Positions 1 to 13,902 of a stretch of DNA of 64,000 nucleotides are shown here, one piece after another. The number at the start of each line of letters is the position of its first letter. Within the stretch, counting starts at the first letter, position 1. The stretch is from Octopus vulgaris (taxonomy: Eukaryota): contig OX597817.1 of the NCBI GenBank assembly GCA_951406725.2, positions 123,814,001 to 123,878,000 of the forward strand. The letters run 5' to 3'. The position numbers and the translations under genes were made by a program. Below the pieces are notes generated by a model. That model saw only the letters and a program-made list of their open reading frames with translations. It was not told where the DNA came from and searched no databases.

Positions 1-964
1 AAAGAGGAAAAGAAAAAATTGCACACAAAGTATATGAAGGCAGATGATAGAACTCTGCCTATTGTTTCATCTTTTTCAGAACGATCTCCCACAGAATATT
101 TGAAGGGAATTGCATACAACTTTCAATAAATTTCTCATTTAAATTTTAGCCTTGTATTAAAAATGTATAGTTTTTCAATTACTTTTATTTGAATTTTAAA
201 ACTTATGTCATGTATTAAATTAATCCTTTATAAATGCCTGATAATGCTATAAAATGAATAAAGTCATAAAACAAATAAATTATTTGATAATCAATTTTCC
301 TTGTGTTGAGTTGTCCGGGTAATGAGTTGGCAGTGTTGAGTCAGCATTGTTAAGTTGGCAATGTTGAGTTGTCCTGCTCCCACCTCAGTTACCTTATCAA
401 TCCATTTTTCTGCTAATAATATGCCAAGTCTACCAAATTTAACATTATTAACTACCCAAGAGAATTTATACTTTTGATATTTGGCTATGAAAAGATAATC
501 TTAATCCTTAAACAAAGCAAATCCTCATACCTACATTCCAGCAATTCCAGTCTTTCTTGACAGACTCTTTTCAACAATAATAACAGTAAACCTAAATTCT
601 TTACCTTAATATAAAGATGATGGCTTAATGGTGGTGACAACGAGATATAGGGGAATTTGACTTGTTTTTTTCTCTTACTTGTTCTTCCCAACCTCTGTAT
701 ATGTGTATACACATGCACAATCACTCACATACACACACACACAATTACACACATGCATGCAGTACAAATATGCAGAAAATATATATATATATAATACATG
801 TATGTGTTATGTGTACAAACACACACACACACACACAAACACAAACACACATATATGTATATACTTGCATATAGTTGTCTAAAAATATGCAGTCATATAA
901 TGATTAAGAGTGGGTGTATTATCCTTAATAAATTACAATATCATAATCTTAAAACAGCCAACTG

Positions 965-1210
965 TGAAGGTATCTGACACAATGGTTAGAGTGTTGAACT
1001 CAGAATCACGAGATCATGGTTTTGATTTCTGGACAAGGTGGAGCATTGTATTCTTGAATAAGATACTTCAATTCCTGTTGTTCAAATCTGCTCAGCTCTA
1101 CATGAGTAACCCTGTGAGCAACTAGCATCTGCTTAGGGGAGAATATTGTGATCTTTGTCACTTTCATGCCATGGAAAGTGGATAACCAAGCCTACGAATT
1201 CTAGGTCTGA
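965..1210 (+). mobile_element. tRNA-derived SINE (family A), diverged copy
   Basis: tRNA-like head (aatggttagagtgttgaactc...catggttttgatttc) then 'ttgtattcttgaataagatact'. Homologous to copies at 12245, 13025 and 62151. Confidence 0.6.
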
Positions 1211-1217
1211 AGATAGT

Positions 1218-1690
1218 TTCATCATCATCATCATCATCGCTTAATGTCCATTTTCCATACTAGCATGGGTTGGATAGTTAGACCGGGGTCTTGGAAGCCA
1301 GGAGGCTGCACCAAGCTCCAGTCTGATCTGGCTGTGTTTCTACAGCTGGATGCCCTTCCTAACACCAACCACTCTGTGAGTGTAGTGAGTGCTTTTTACG
1401 TGCCACCGGCACAGGGGCCAGAGGAGGCTGGTAAACAGCTATGATTGGTTGGTGCTTTTTACGTGTCACCAACACGGACGCCAGTCAGGCGGTGCTGGCA
1501 TTGGCCACATTCGGATGGTGCTTTTTACGTGCCACCAGCACAGGTATCATAACTACAATTTCCATTTGATTTTTACCTTGATGTTGGTGTTGATGTACTT
1601 AACTCAGTTGGTCTCCTCAAGCACAGCAGGTCACTCTACAATCCAAGGTTAGTACAGCAGGCCGTCCTGCGAGCCATGAACTCACTTCAA
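1218..1690 (-). mobile_element. Short retroposon with (GAT)n tail and internal gtgccggtggcacgtaaaaagcac repeats (RTE-tail-like family)
   Basis: Reverse complement of the element at 3765-4231: catcatcatc tail, tagcatgggttgga, ctggatgcccttcctaac. Confidence 0.75.
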
Positions 1691-1739
1691 CCGATTTACC
1701 AATAAGTTTCATAGCAGGACTTGAAACACGCCTTGCATA

Positions 1740-2560
1740 CAACAGTAAAGGTTGATAGGAATTGTATAGCACCAGATTCCTTAGCACTGAAATTCTGAAA
1801 GCATCACAGATGGATTGCAGGTTTTATGGCTGTAGTAAAAAGAAAAAAAGTGGAGTTAGGTCAAAAACGATGGAAATAAAATACATTTAGTTCATTAGAG
1901 TTTATGCCTCTTGGAATGATATAAAAAATGACTACCACGGTATAGAGTGAGAATGATATCAAAAATGATTACCATGGTATAGATGCTGGGGTGGGGAGTG
2001 AGGAGAGAATTTAGTAGGGGAAGGTAATTTTAATCATGAGTGATTATGTCCATGTATATGTGTATATGTGTAAATATATATCACAACTGGTATAGCAGGT
2101 CTTATATTAATTCTTTAGATTGCAGTGAGAGGAAAAAAACTGGCAGAGCGGACAATGCTTATATTCATGGTGCAGCTAGCAATATAAAAATTTACGCTTA
2201 TGCAGATAACAACAAAGATGTTTATTTATACACGTTAGGTAAGTGCCCAGGTGGAGAGAGTTCTTTGGTATGATCCATTTCTCAACCAAGCAGAACTTGC
2301 ACCTCCCACTGCTCTAAAGTTTATACTTTACCAGTATCTTTCACTTGATATTGTAATGTATAGCATTTTCCTTTAAGGTCCAATTATGCCTTGCTAGAGA
2401 CGTGATATTTTGCCTCTTTTGGATATTAAAGATAGACTTGTGTTGAATATGGTCCTGAAGTAACTTACTCTTTTCTGTTCTTCCATTTATGGGACAGGTA
2501 TTATAAATGTGAAAATAAAATGAGTAAGTCAAAAACAAGTTAGAAAAGTAGTTCAGAAAG
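1740..2560 (-). pseudogene. Possible very old LINE (L2-like) RT C-terminal remnant
   Basis: Only fragmentary minus-strand peptides (IVRSASFF..., FKS..ETY) resembling L2 ORF2 ends. Heavily decayed. Confidence 0.3.
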
Positions 2561-2891
2561 AGGGTGTGAAATTAAATTGTATAAAAAAAAAACATTTACT
2601 GAATCATTGAACATAAGATACAATAGCATAAAGGTGTAAAGGAGAAAACTTACAGATATTTGTAAAGAGTAAAAAGTGAGCGAATATGTATGTATCAGAT
2701 TGAATGAGTAAAGAGATAAAGAAGAGGTGAAAGGGGGAGGTAGGTAACTATTAAAGTATAGAAGAAGGAAAAGAGAAAGAAGGTCAATAATATAAGGAAA
2801 TGGAAGGAATATGAAGAGAAAAGATATGAATATATATGTGTGTGTATAGATGTATATATATATATGTGTGTGTGTGTGTGTATGTGTGTGC

Positions 2892-2978
<87 letters not shown>

Positions 2979-3016
2979 ATGTACATATATACATATACAT
3001 ATACATATATACATAT

Positions 3017-3065
<49 letters not shown>

Positions 3066-3764
3066 TACACACACATGCAAGCAGTACAGTAAAAACAGCT
3101 GATCAGTACTTAACTGAAGTAAATTGAAATGGCACAGAAGATTCAATAGACAACAAAAACAGATTTGAATTTTTACGAATTATGAGAAAAGAGAAGTCAG
3201 TTTATCAATAGTTTGCAGTTCACATTTGAAATATCTTTGAACAAAGTAATCTAATAGAGAGCCTTTGACACAAAAAGATAGCTTAAGAAGAAGAGCTATA
3301 AATATTCATAGGATATTTACATTACTTGAAGGAACTTCAAAAAAAATGATTGAAGAATTTCAAAGAAATTCCATTTATCACAGTGCAATATATTCAGTCT
3401 GTAGGCAAAATAAATTTCATAGAATGAACTTGTTTTGGGGAGCACATTTCAGCACGAGGTCATACTAAGAATTTGACAAGTTGAGCTGAGACATCTACAT
3501 GAAATATTTTTATCAGATACACAAACAGAATTAGAGAACTAATTGAATGTGTTTCGACAATTTCAATCACTGACTGCACTATTTTATGTTGTCTGGTTTA
3601 AGTTACCTGATATGCTGAAATAAGAGGTAGTGAATAATTTCTCAGGGTGCTTAAAAGAATATATATGTTGTGTGTACCTGCTCTTAACTTTCCATTCAGC
3701 CAGTCATAAATAAGTTTGTTCACTGTAGCTTACCAACTTCACTTTAGTACTCGAAATCAAATTC

Positions 3765-4231
3765 GATGACTGGCATCAGTGCTAATGGAGCGCTAAGAGT
3801 ACCATATGAGTGAGATTGTTGCCAGAGCAACAAGCTGGCCTCCATGCCGATGGCACGTAAAAACACCATTCGAGCGTGATTGTTACCTGCGTCACCTTAC
3901 TAGCACTTGTGGTGGTGGTACGTGAAAAAACATTCAAACGAGGTCGTTGCCAGTGCCGCTGGACTGGCTCCTGTGCTGGTGGCACATAAAAAGCACCATT
4001 TGAGTGTGGCCGTTGCCAGTACTGCCTGACTGGCTTTCATGCCGGCGGCACGTAAAAGCACCCACTACATTCTCAGTGTGGTTGGCATTAGGAAGGGCAT
4101 CCAGCTGTAGAAACTCTGCCAGAGCAGATTGGAGTCTGGTGCAACCATCTAGTTTGCTAGACCTCAATAAAATCGTCCAACCCATGCTAGCATGGAAAGC
4201 AGACGTTAAACGATGATGATGATGATGATGA
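3765..4231 (+). mobile_element. Short retroposon, RTE-tail-like family, with four diverged ~62-nt internal units
   Basis: Repeated gtgc(c)ggtggcac(g)taaaaagcacc units, then cccactac...ggttggcattaggaagggcatccagctgtagaaac...ccaacccatgctagcatggaaagc, then a (gat)n tail. Confidence 0.8.
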
Positions 4232-4705
4232 TATCAATTCCCTGTGAAGGGATTTTGCCATCTGTTGCCTTGACATTGATTACTTGATGGAAAGCTTTTA
4301 ATACATGTGCATCTTTATTCTCTCCTTTCCTCTTGTTCCATATGTTACTTTTCTATTGATTAAATTTTATTTTCTCTCTAACCATAATGCTTAGAGCATA
4401 CATCAATCATTATATTCTAAATATTTTCAATATTTAGTTTACATTGCAAGCCTTTAAGTCTAAGAATTTCAGTAGTCATAAGCTTCATTTTGACCAAATT
4501 TATATTATCAATATGATCTTGTAAATAGTAATAAAATAGGTGCCAAAAAGTAATAATACAAACTCTGAGTAATGACTGATTGTGTAGAAGCTTAGTTTTA
4601 ATTTTGGTTATTTTATATACTTTTATTAGTTCCTCTGTGCTAGTTACACTTTTTATAGTGATTACAATTGCTTAGGACTGAAGAATTTTCTATTTCTGAA
4701 GAGAC

Positions 4706-4919
4706 AGGCATAGGAGTGGCTGTGTGGTAAGTAGCTTGCTTATGAACCACATGGTTCCGGGTTCAGTCCCACTGCATGGCACCTTGGGCAAGTGTCTTCT
4801 ACTATAGCCTCGGGCTGACCAAAGGTTTGTGAGTGGATTTGGTAGACGGAAACTGAAAGAAGCCTGTTGTATATATATATATATATATATATACATATGC
4901 ATATGTATATATATATATG

Positions 4920-4975
<56 letters not shown>

Positions 4976-5033
4976 TATATACATATATATATATACATAT
5001 ATATATATATGGATATATATATATATATATATG

Positions 5034-5074
<41 letters not shown>

Positions 5075-5305
5075 ATGTGTGTGTATATGTTTCTGTGTGT
5101 GTTTTTCCCCCCAACATCGCTTGACAACCAATGCTGGTGTGTCTACGTCCCCTTAACTTAGCAGTTCAGCAAAAGAGACTGATAGAATAAGTACTAGGCT
5201 TACAAAGAATAAGTCCTGGTGTCGATTTGCTCGACTAAAGGCGGTGCTCCAGCATGGCCACATTCAAATGACTGAAGCAAGTAAAAGAATAAAAGAGTAA
5301 AAGAG
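4706..5305 (+). mobile_element. tRNA-derived SINE (family B, octopus OR/OK-like), full length with internal (TA)n
   Basis: A-box/B-box-like head (tggctgtgtggtaag...gggttcagtccc), central microsatellite, tail ggcggtgctccagcatggcc...gtaaaagaataaaagag. Closely similar copy at 60605. Confidence 0.85.
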
Positions 5306-7582
5306 ACAATTGATGCTTATGCAAGTAGGTCATTAGCAAAAGGAATCAAGTTTAAGAGTGTATACTACTGTTTACAGAATATAGGTAAGAAGGAGTATTT
5401 GCAGCTCCTTTTCAGAGGAATTGTCTGAATGAAAATTTAAACCTAAGGGATGGAAAAGAGCTGAAGTCAATACATGAGATACATAGCTGGGAGATTCTCT
5501 TGCTTGATACACCTGGTGGCTTTCTTAGTTTTTGGATAACAGCATGGTTTCACCAACGTCCTTCAGGCTAAGCTACCATTTACATATGAGATATGAGAAT
5601 CAGTGAGATGCTGCCTTCTGAAATCTAACACAGTTCTGTATGTTCCCTAGGATTAACATAGTTCATTATAGAGAGAGAAATACTGTTGGATTTGGAGAAG
5701 TTTGATGTTAGCTTTTGAGAGTAATGTTTGAAAGTAATAGTTTAGCTAGGAGTAAAGTACCTGTGAATTTTGGAGTAACTTGGTTATGTGGAGGATGGAA
5801 TAAGTTTTTCTATCAGATGCCCCACAGATGTCAGAAATGAAATACATTTCCTGAGTAGAGCGCAATCAGCACTAATTAGCTGACTTGAAGTATTAGAGCA
5901 TTACTAGGTCATAGACTGACATGCTGCAGGGGAAAAGAAGAAAAGTTCTGTAGGTTGCCTTGGTTATGAGCTGATCAGACAAGCCAATTAAAGTAGAGAC
6001 AGTAATGGTTTTGTGAATGCTAGATTCCAAAATGCAAAGAATATTAAGTATATTGTTAGAGTTAGTGTTTTGATCAGGAATATAGGTAGGTGATGAACTT
6101 TCAGAATTGGAAACTGAGTTACAAGTATCAATGTGAGAGGAATGTGAGAGCCAAATGATTTGGGGTTGGCATGGTTGTGTAGTTAAGAAGTTCATTCACA
6201 GCCATGTGGCTACTGCACAGTATCTTAGATATATGTATTTTATTAGTTTTAGGTTAATCAGGACAATATGAGTAAAATTTTAACAATAACGTGTGTACTA
6301 CTCATTGTCTTAGATACAGTAATATATTTTATTCCAAAGCTTGCTAAATAATCTCTTGACGAGAACATATAAATTAATTTAATTTATAAATTTCGGAAAT
6401 TAAATATCATCTAGATAATCAATGGTTGCTAAGATGAGTCAGCAAGGAAACTTTTATGTGGTCATTCAACTTGTTAGAATATAATAGACATATCTCCTTC
6501 TAATTCCACCCTAATATTTTCAAAAGCAAATAACATATTGCATATTGTCATCTTGTATGCACACTGCATAGAAAACTGCAAGATCACAGCATGAATGTAC
6601 TCGATCATGTATTCAATAAGTGCTGATCTTGGGTTAAACAACAACAGCAACACAGACTACAGAAGAGAAAGCTCTTAAAACATTCCAAACAAGCTTGACC
6701 TGTCCTTTGTTTTTATTGTTGTGGATATTGAGAAGATTCTTCTACACAGTCTAACCAATAGCATGAATAACCTCATTCTTGATGTTTAACAGTCGATAGA
6801 ATGGAAATTATTTCCCATCCATTGATTGTTAGACTTGGTCTTCAATATGTAAAAGTCTTATAATCTGACCATAATTTACAGTCTGTTGTACTTTTATACA
6901 ACAGACAGAATTCATAATCTTCACATAGTTTCTTCATTTCCCCACTCATGTATAGTCATCATTTGAGACAGGTTTTCAATACTTCGTTTATTTGATTCTT
7001 TGAAGTAGTTTTGATGTGTTTAACAATGAGTTTGATCTTATGCATTTCCTTACGCTCAGCACCTTGCATAAATAAAAGAGATCTAAGTAGAATTATAGAT
7101 ACGTGTGAATAGTGACATAAACACATTTACATACTTATAGATAGATCAAAAGAATCTGGTAAGTAGGAATAGGTGAATGTATGTAGATGTGTGTCAAAAC
7201 ATATGCATTAGAAACAGGAAGAGATGGGAAGAAGATATGGTTGAAAAAGATATGTTGTAAGAAGTGGTCTGCTCCTCATATAATTGTATAACTTTAATGT
7301 ATAACTTAATCATATAACTTTACAATATAAAAGTTAGTCATCTTTTCCATGATTACTTCATCTTCCTTTCTCTTTCTTACTCTCTCTCTCTCTCTTCCTC
7401 TCTTCACATGAAAATGAGAACAAGAGACAGTAAGAAAATGATCATTGATGGAAAGATACTGGCTAATACATATATCTATCAACAAAAATGTTAATAAAAT
7501 AACTAATAACTCTATAAACCAACATCTTTAAATAGATCAGCAGACAGATATTAACAAGTGAAAAGAGAATCAAAACAAAGTG

Positions 7583-7620
<38 letters not shown>

Positions 7621-7653
7621 TAGATACATACATACATACATACATACATACAC

Positions 7654-7688
<35 letters not shown>

Positions 7689-8082
7689 TATATATATATA
7701 TGTATATATGTATGTATGTATATGATTATGTATAGGGGAATGGAGCATATATATATTTATATTAATATGCAATCACATTCATTTTAATTGTGAGTGATTT
7801 TCTTTTAAATAATTTCCTTGTTAACAAATCCAATATATTTTCTCAGTGTATTACATCTCTGTCAGGTGACTTTAGGAACTAAATACATCTCTTTGTTCTG
7901 CACAAATAAATATTGCAATTGTTTGAATAATTATTTCAGCTTTTTGTTTCCTTATGTAAACTTTGAATGAATTAAAAACAAGATTGCAGTAAATATTTTT
8001 AACATAAGCTATTTTCAATATGCAATAATTCCTATTGCTAGGTCAATGGATCTTTAGTAAATTAATTATATCTATCTATCTG

Positions 8083-8141
<59 letters not shown>

Positions 8142-8199
8142 TTCTATATCTATATACATATATACACAGAGATATAGGAACACATACATATATGCATAC

Positions 8200-8237
<38 letters not shown>

Positions 8238-8259
8238 ATATACATACAAATATACGTAT

Positions 8260-8342
<83 letters not shown>

Positions 8343-8941
8343 GAGCATGATAGACAGATATTGCATTATCAACATCAAAGAATAAATTCATCAGAATTAG
8401 TAAGAAAAAATTATGGAATGTTTTCCATACAAATGACAGTTAGCTATTACTTAGGAACAGATTTTTATTTTTTATTTTAATTAAGAAAAATTTGATACCA
8501 TGAAAAGTATGAATTAAGAGTTAATTGCACAGTAATGAATATGAAGCGGTTTTGTTCTAAGGATGTATGCATTAAAACACGTGTTACATTTTTTTGCAAA
8601 AAATAAAGTTTCATTAGTTGATTGATAGAAAATGTAAATATAAATCTGAGCTGTAATTAGTAAATGGGTGGAGAAAATATCTGATTTGCAAATTAATTAT
8701 TATTTTGATTTATATAACTTTCTAGGTGAATTTCAAACGATGAAGGGTTTTTTATTTTATGAATTTCAATAATACTTTTTTTAGTACTATATTCTTCAAA
8801 TCAATAAAACTTTGTACAATTTAAAAAATATATTTGGATCCTTAGTTACAGTATAGTACCTAGATATTAATTGTCCTGTAAACGTTATTTAGAAATTATA
8901 TAACTTTATATATAAATTTTAAGAGCTGACATATCTTTATA

Positions 8942-9445
8942 TCTATATATATAAAACTCTAGTTGTGTGAGTGTCTGTCCCCTTCGATTTAGATTCCTAA
9001 CTCCTCCCACATTTTGCAGTGCAGTTTAACCAAATTCGAGTATCTTATAGTCGTGATTCATATCGAGCCCGTCTGGCTATTAGCGCGCGTCAACGATGAG
9101 TCTACGATTTTAAAAGTAATTTAACATCATTTTTTATTCCATTTTAATGCATAATCTTTCGTGTGTCAATGGCGGCGGAGTTGGCGTCCATGCTCACAGC
9201 TGCACCTGTTTGCTTCTCCCCCTTCCCTCCCTCGTGAAGCTGTGGGGAAGGGAGTGTAAAGAAATCAACGTCGTAATGCGTTGTGAAGGAAACCAGCGTT
9301 CTTTTAGAACAACGACTTCATGGCTTGAAGACACCAAAACAAAAATGGCTAAGAAAGCCCGAATTTATAAGGGAAGTAACTCTCTAAAAATGCTTATATA
9401 GTTATTTCCCTTACAAACCCGAGCAACGCCGGGCGATACTGCTAG
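8942..9445 (+). mobile_element. Non-autonomous Helitron, complete
   Basis: 5' TC (tctatatatataaaa), subterminal GC-rich hairpin cccgagcaacgccggg (9418-9433), 3' CTAG. Inserted between A (8941) and T (9446) with no TSD. Confidence 0.85.
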
Positions 9446-9684
9446 TGATATATAATTTCAGGTTGAGATAACCTTATACATTACAAAAAAAAAAAAAAAA
9501 AATTAAATGAGTTTAACTCTTAAAATAATTCAAAATCCAGATTTTGATTGATTAACTAAAAGTGATTAAAGTTAGTTGCAAAAAATAATGATATGTCAAG
9601 AATTGAATTAAATTGTAATATATCATCCCTTTTCAAAAGTTACCATCCTTTTCTTCTATCTTTTATTATCCTTTTTCTTACATG

Positions 9685-10301
9685 TTCCAGTCATTAGACT
9701 GCAGCAATGCTGAGGCAACACCTTGCAGGATCTTTAGTCAAATGAATTGCTCCTAGTAAGTACCAATTTTTTTCTTTTTTTTGTAAGTCTGGTACTTATT
9801 CTGTCGGTCTCCTTTGACAAACTGCTAAGTTTTGGGGACAGAAACATTTCAACACCAGTTGTCAAGCAGTGATGAGGGACAAACTGATGCAAAGACACAT
9901 GTGCATGCACACACACACACACACACACACACACCCACAAATGCATATACACACGTGTGCACAGACATGCACACATACATACACACACAAACATACACAC
10001 ACACAAAACTACACACATACACAAACACACTCACACACGAACACACACACTCTCTAATACACTTAGCTCTCCCCCAAATCATTCCATCTTGGTATTATTT
10101 TTATTTTGTATAAGTCGGACCTTTTTCTATGTAAGCACATGTACATTTTTTGTATTTCATATATTTAACATTCTTTGTATATCGACCTGCCTAACTGGGT
10201 TATTTGTACATTAACTCCTCTACTCGCCCAAGTTTAAACCTTTTGAGCACTACTAAGTGTATTTTTACAGAGAATATCTGGTTCTCATCTATGAAGTATG
10301 T

Positions 10302-10345
<44 letters not shown>

Positions 10346-10401
10346 GTATGTATATATGTATATAAATATGTGTATATATATAAATATAAATAAATATATA
10401 T

Positions 10402-10434
<33 letters not shown>

Positions 10435-10466
10435 AATATATATATATATTTATTTATATTTATATA

Positions 10467-10506
<40 letters not shown>

Positions 10507-10662
10507 CACACACACACACACATATATATATACACATACACACATACATCTGACAGGTTTTATTCAGCTTCTGCTTTTCAAATCAAGGCATTGGTCAGCC
10601 ATAGGCTATAGTAGAAGTCACTTACCCAAGGTCACACACAGTGGGATTGAATGTAGACCACC
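9685..10662 (-). mobile_element. SINE family B copy with expanded internal microsatellites, head interrupted by mariner
   Basis: Tail at 9685-9900 and core at 10550-10662 match the reverse complement of 4706-5305. The head resumes at about 11952-11995. Confidence 0.7.
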
Positions 10663-10664
10663 TA

Positions 10665-11949
10665 ACAGGTCAACCCATAAGTTCTGTTCAAATTTTGAAT
10701 AAAGGAAACAAGTGATCAAATGTTGAAATTTAATCATCAATGTACTTTCCCTGATCATCTATGACTTCCTTCCATCTATTCACAAGCTTTTTAATCTTAT
10801 CAATGTAAAAATCCTTTGGTTTCAATGTGAAGAACTCTGAAATGTCAGTTTCGACCTCCTCCTGGATTGCAAAAGTTATGTCCTCCAAATGATTCGGTAA
10901 ACTATGAAACAAATGGTAAACTATGAAACAAATGGTAATCTGAAGGAGCAAGTTTGGGAGAATAAGGTGGATGATGAATTTTTTCACAACCAGCCTCTTT
11001 GATCTTCTGTGATGTGATCTGATCTTTGCAGTGTGGAGTTGTGCATTGTCCTGATGAAACATCACCACTTTTTGATTCACTAAAGTGGGTCTTTTTTTCT
11101 TCAAAGCTTGGTTCAAATGCTTCAATTGCTGACAGTAGATTTGGGCATTTGATTGTTGCATTAAGTGGTAACAATTTCAAAGTGAATTACTCCTTTGCAA
11201 TCCCACCAGATAGAGAGAAGAACCTTTTTCCCATGAAGTACCCTTCTTGGTTGTGGTTGAGCTTTTTCCCTTTTACTAAGCCACTGTTTATGACATATAA
11301 CATTTTGATAGAAAAATCCATTTTTCATCACCAGTCGTATGTCTATCCAAAATGAGTGAAATGAGTTTGCGAGAATGGAGAGAAGAGCAGATCTCAACTC
11401 AGGATTTGCAGTTGCTTTCGGACAATTCATGAGGCACCCATTTTCCAAGTTGTTGAAGATGACGATGAACAGTTGTATGGTTTGAACTAGTTTTATTGCC
11501 AATTCTTCAACTGATAATGTAGGATTTTCTTCAAGTAATGCCTCAAGGAGCTTATCATCAAACTCAACTGGACATCCTGTTCGATCTTCATCTTCAAGGC
11601 TGAAATTTCCACGTCAGGATTTTGCAAACCATCTATGCAAGTTCTTTCATTCAAGGATTCTTTCCCATAAACTGAGTATATGTTTCGAGACGCTTCTACT
11701 GCAGAGTTTCCTTTTTTGTACTCATAAAACATTATGTGCCTCAAATGCCCTTTGTATACTTTCATGTTGGAAAGGGTTTTAATCAAAGAAATTTTAATTC
11801 TTTAATTCTGTAAAATAATATTTGATGAGTTTAAATGTACACAAATGCATAAAAATAATTTCTAATTCCATTAAATATTCTAAAATACTATTAAATTTCA
11901 TTCAATTTTTAAAAAGGTGAAATCAGACAGAACTTATGGGATGACCTGA
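10665..11949 (-). mobile_element. Full-length decayed mariner (DD34D) transposon
   Basis: TIRs caggtcaacccataagttctgt / acagaacttatgggatgacctg, flanking TA. Frameshifted transposase with HTH (HLRHIMFYEYKKGNSA), TGDEKW, KKVLLSIWWDCKGVIHFE, FHQDNA and HPPYSPKLAPSDYHLF. Confidence 0.95.
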
Positions 11950-12029
11950 TAGTTGGGAAGAAAATTTTTACCACTTAGCCACATTTGTGCCTATATAATG
12001 AAAGTTCATATGTATAATAATTATAAAGT

Positions 12030-12230
12030 GGTGAGGTGGCAGAATCTTTAACATGCCAGGCAAAATACTTAGCAGCTTTTGCTCTGTCTTTACATTCTGT
12101 GTTCAAAGTTCATTGATGTCCACTTTGCTTTTCATCCATAATAAGTACCAGTTGAGCACAGAGGTTGAAGTAATTGACTTAACCTCTCCCACCACATTGC
12201 TGGCCTCATGGCGAAATGTATAATAAATAT
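12030..12230 (+). mobile_element. SINE family C fragment
   Basis: ggtgaggtggcagaatc...actttgcttttcatcc...aagtaccagttgagcac. Related copies at 16200, 26550, 38028, 45420 and 51170. Confidence 0.65.
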
Positions 12231-12244
12231 TATTGACATTTGTG

Positions 12245-12788
12245 AAGGTGCATAGCTCAGTGGTTAGAGCATCAAAGCTTATGATCACGAGGTTGTGATT
12301 TCAATTCTTGGACCAGGCTGCGTGTTGTGTTCTTGAGCAAGACACTTTATTTCATGTTGCTCCAGTTCACTCAACTGTAGAAGCGAGTTGTGACGTCACT
12401 GGTGCCAAGCTGTATCGGCCTTTGTGTTTCCCTTGGATAGCATCGATGGCATGGAGAGGGGAGGCTGGTATGCATGGGCAACAGCTGGTCTTCCTTAAAA
12501 ACAACCCTAGGTTGTGTGTTCTGCCCAGACTTGTACCCTGGAGAGGAACCTCTTAGGTGCACCTATGGTGATTCGACACCGACAGTGTCGAGTTTTTAAG
12601 TATTGACATTTATATATACAGGCATGGCTGCATGTAAAGGAGTTTGCTTCCCAATCACATGATTCTGGGTTCAGTTTCACTGCAGGGCATCTTGAGCAAG
12701 TGTCTTCTGCTATAGCCCTGAGCTAACCAAGGCCATGTAAGTGGATTTGGTAAATGGAAACTGAAAGAAGTCTGTCAAATGTGTGTGT

Positions 12789-12841
<53 letters not shown>

Positions 12842-13250
12842 TGTGTGTCTGTGTGTGTGCTTGTTTGTCTCTCTGTCACCACTTGACAACTTGTGTTGGT
12901 TTGTTTATGCCCCCATCACTGCCCATAACTTAGTAGTTCATCAAAAGGAACCAATAGAATAATTACCGATTTTTAAAAATAAGTACTGGAGTCAATTTAT
13001 TCAACTAAACCCTTCAAAGCAATGGTGGAAACATGTGGCTTAGTGGTTAGGGTGTTGGAGTCATGATCATAAGATTGTGGTTTCAATACATGAACCGGGC
13101 AATGCGATGTGTTCTTGAGCCAAACACTTCATTTCACATTGCGCCAGTCCACTCAGCTGGCAAAAATGTGTAATCCACTGATGGACCAGCATCCCATCCA
13201 CGTGGGGAATATGCACACTGTAGAAACCAGAAAACCATCCCCTAAGTAAG
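12245..13250 (+). mobile_element. Three adjacent SINEs (family A 12245-12590, family B 12620-13020, family A 13025-13250)
   Basis: Three successive tRNA-like heads (tagctcagtggttagagc; tggctgcatgtaaagg...gggttcagtt; tggcttagtggttaggg), each followed by the family core. Confidence 0.75.
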
Positions 13251-13254
13251 GTAA

Positions 13255-13474
13255 CCTTTTCGTTACCAACCTGGCCAAAACCGGCTCTGGCTCTGTAGTA
13301 CAAATGTCTTGTTTTCATAAGTTTTGCATCAAAATATACCACCAAACCTTAGTCGCAATATATATTCCTAATACTAGCTTAATGATAACTAAGTTATTTT
13401 ACTAATTCTTTGTTATATTTAAAATAATTGAAAGAAACACAGAGCATCTCAAAATAAATACAGTAACGAAAGGG
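13255..13474. mobile_element. piggyBac-type MITE
   Basis: TIRs ccttttcgttac / gtaacgaaaggg, flanked by gtaa on the left and ttaa on the right. Confidence 0.65.
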
Positions 13475-13758
13475 TTAAAATGAATCACAAAATTTGCTAC
13501 TTATTTTCGGAAGAAAGATATGCTGTGAATTTTTGCAAGAACATGGGCTCCACAAAATGCACAATAGGGCCATTTGGTAGTGTTAAATCTGTTGGTGAAT
13601 GAAGTCTAACACACAAAACAATAGACACATATATGCCAACAGTTAATAGGAAGAAACTTGCATAAGACACATGCAAATGCTTGCTTCATACAACAATACA
13701 CTTATATACATACACATGCAGACTTTCATGTATAGTATTTCATCTTTTTGTCTCTGTC

Positions 13759-13902
13759 TGTTTGACTCTCTTACAGACCTATACACGCCCTCATTCACAA
13801 TGTTTCTCTTTGTGTTATGTATGTGCACGTGTTTGACTCTCTTACAGACCTATACACACCCTCATTCACAATGTTTCTCTCTGTGTTATGTATGTGCACG
13901 TG
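13759..13902. repeat. Tandem duplication of a ~71-bp unit
   Basis: tgtttgactctcttacagacctatacac.ccctcattcacaatgtttctct.tgtgttatgtatgtgcacg occurs twice in tandem. Confidence 0.9.

Noticed and set aside
2540-5161. Long ORFs rich in YI/HT/CV repeats (also near 8, 10, 33, 40, 43, 50 and 60 kb)
   Set aside because: They are translations of (TA)n, (CA)n and (GA)n microsatellites.
12245-12320. tRNA gene-like sequences
   Set aside because: They are tRNA-derived SINE heads continuing into SINE bodies, with no complete cloverleaf.
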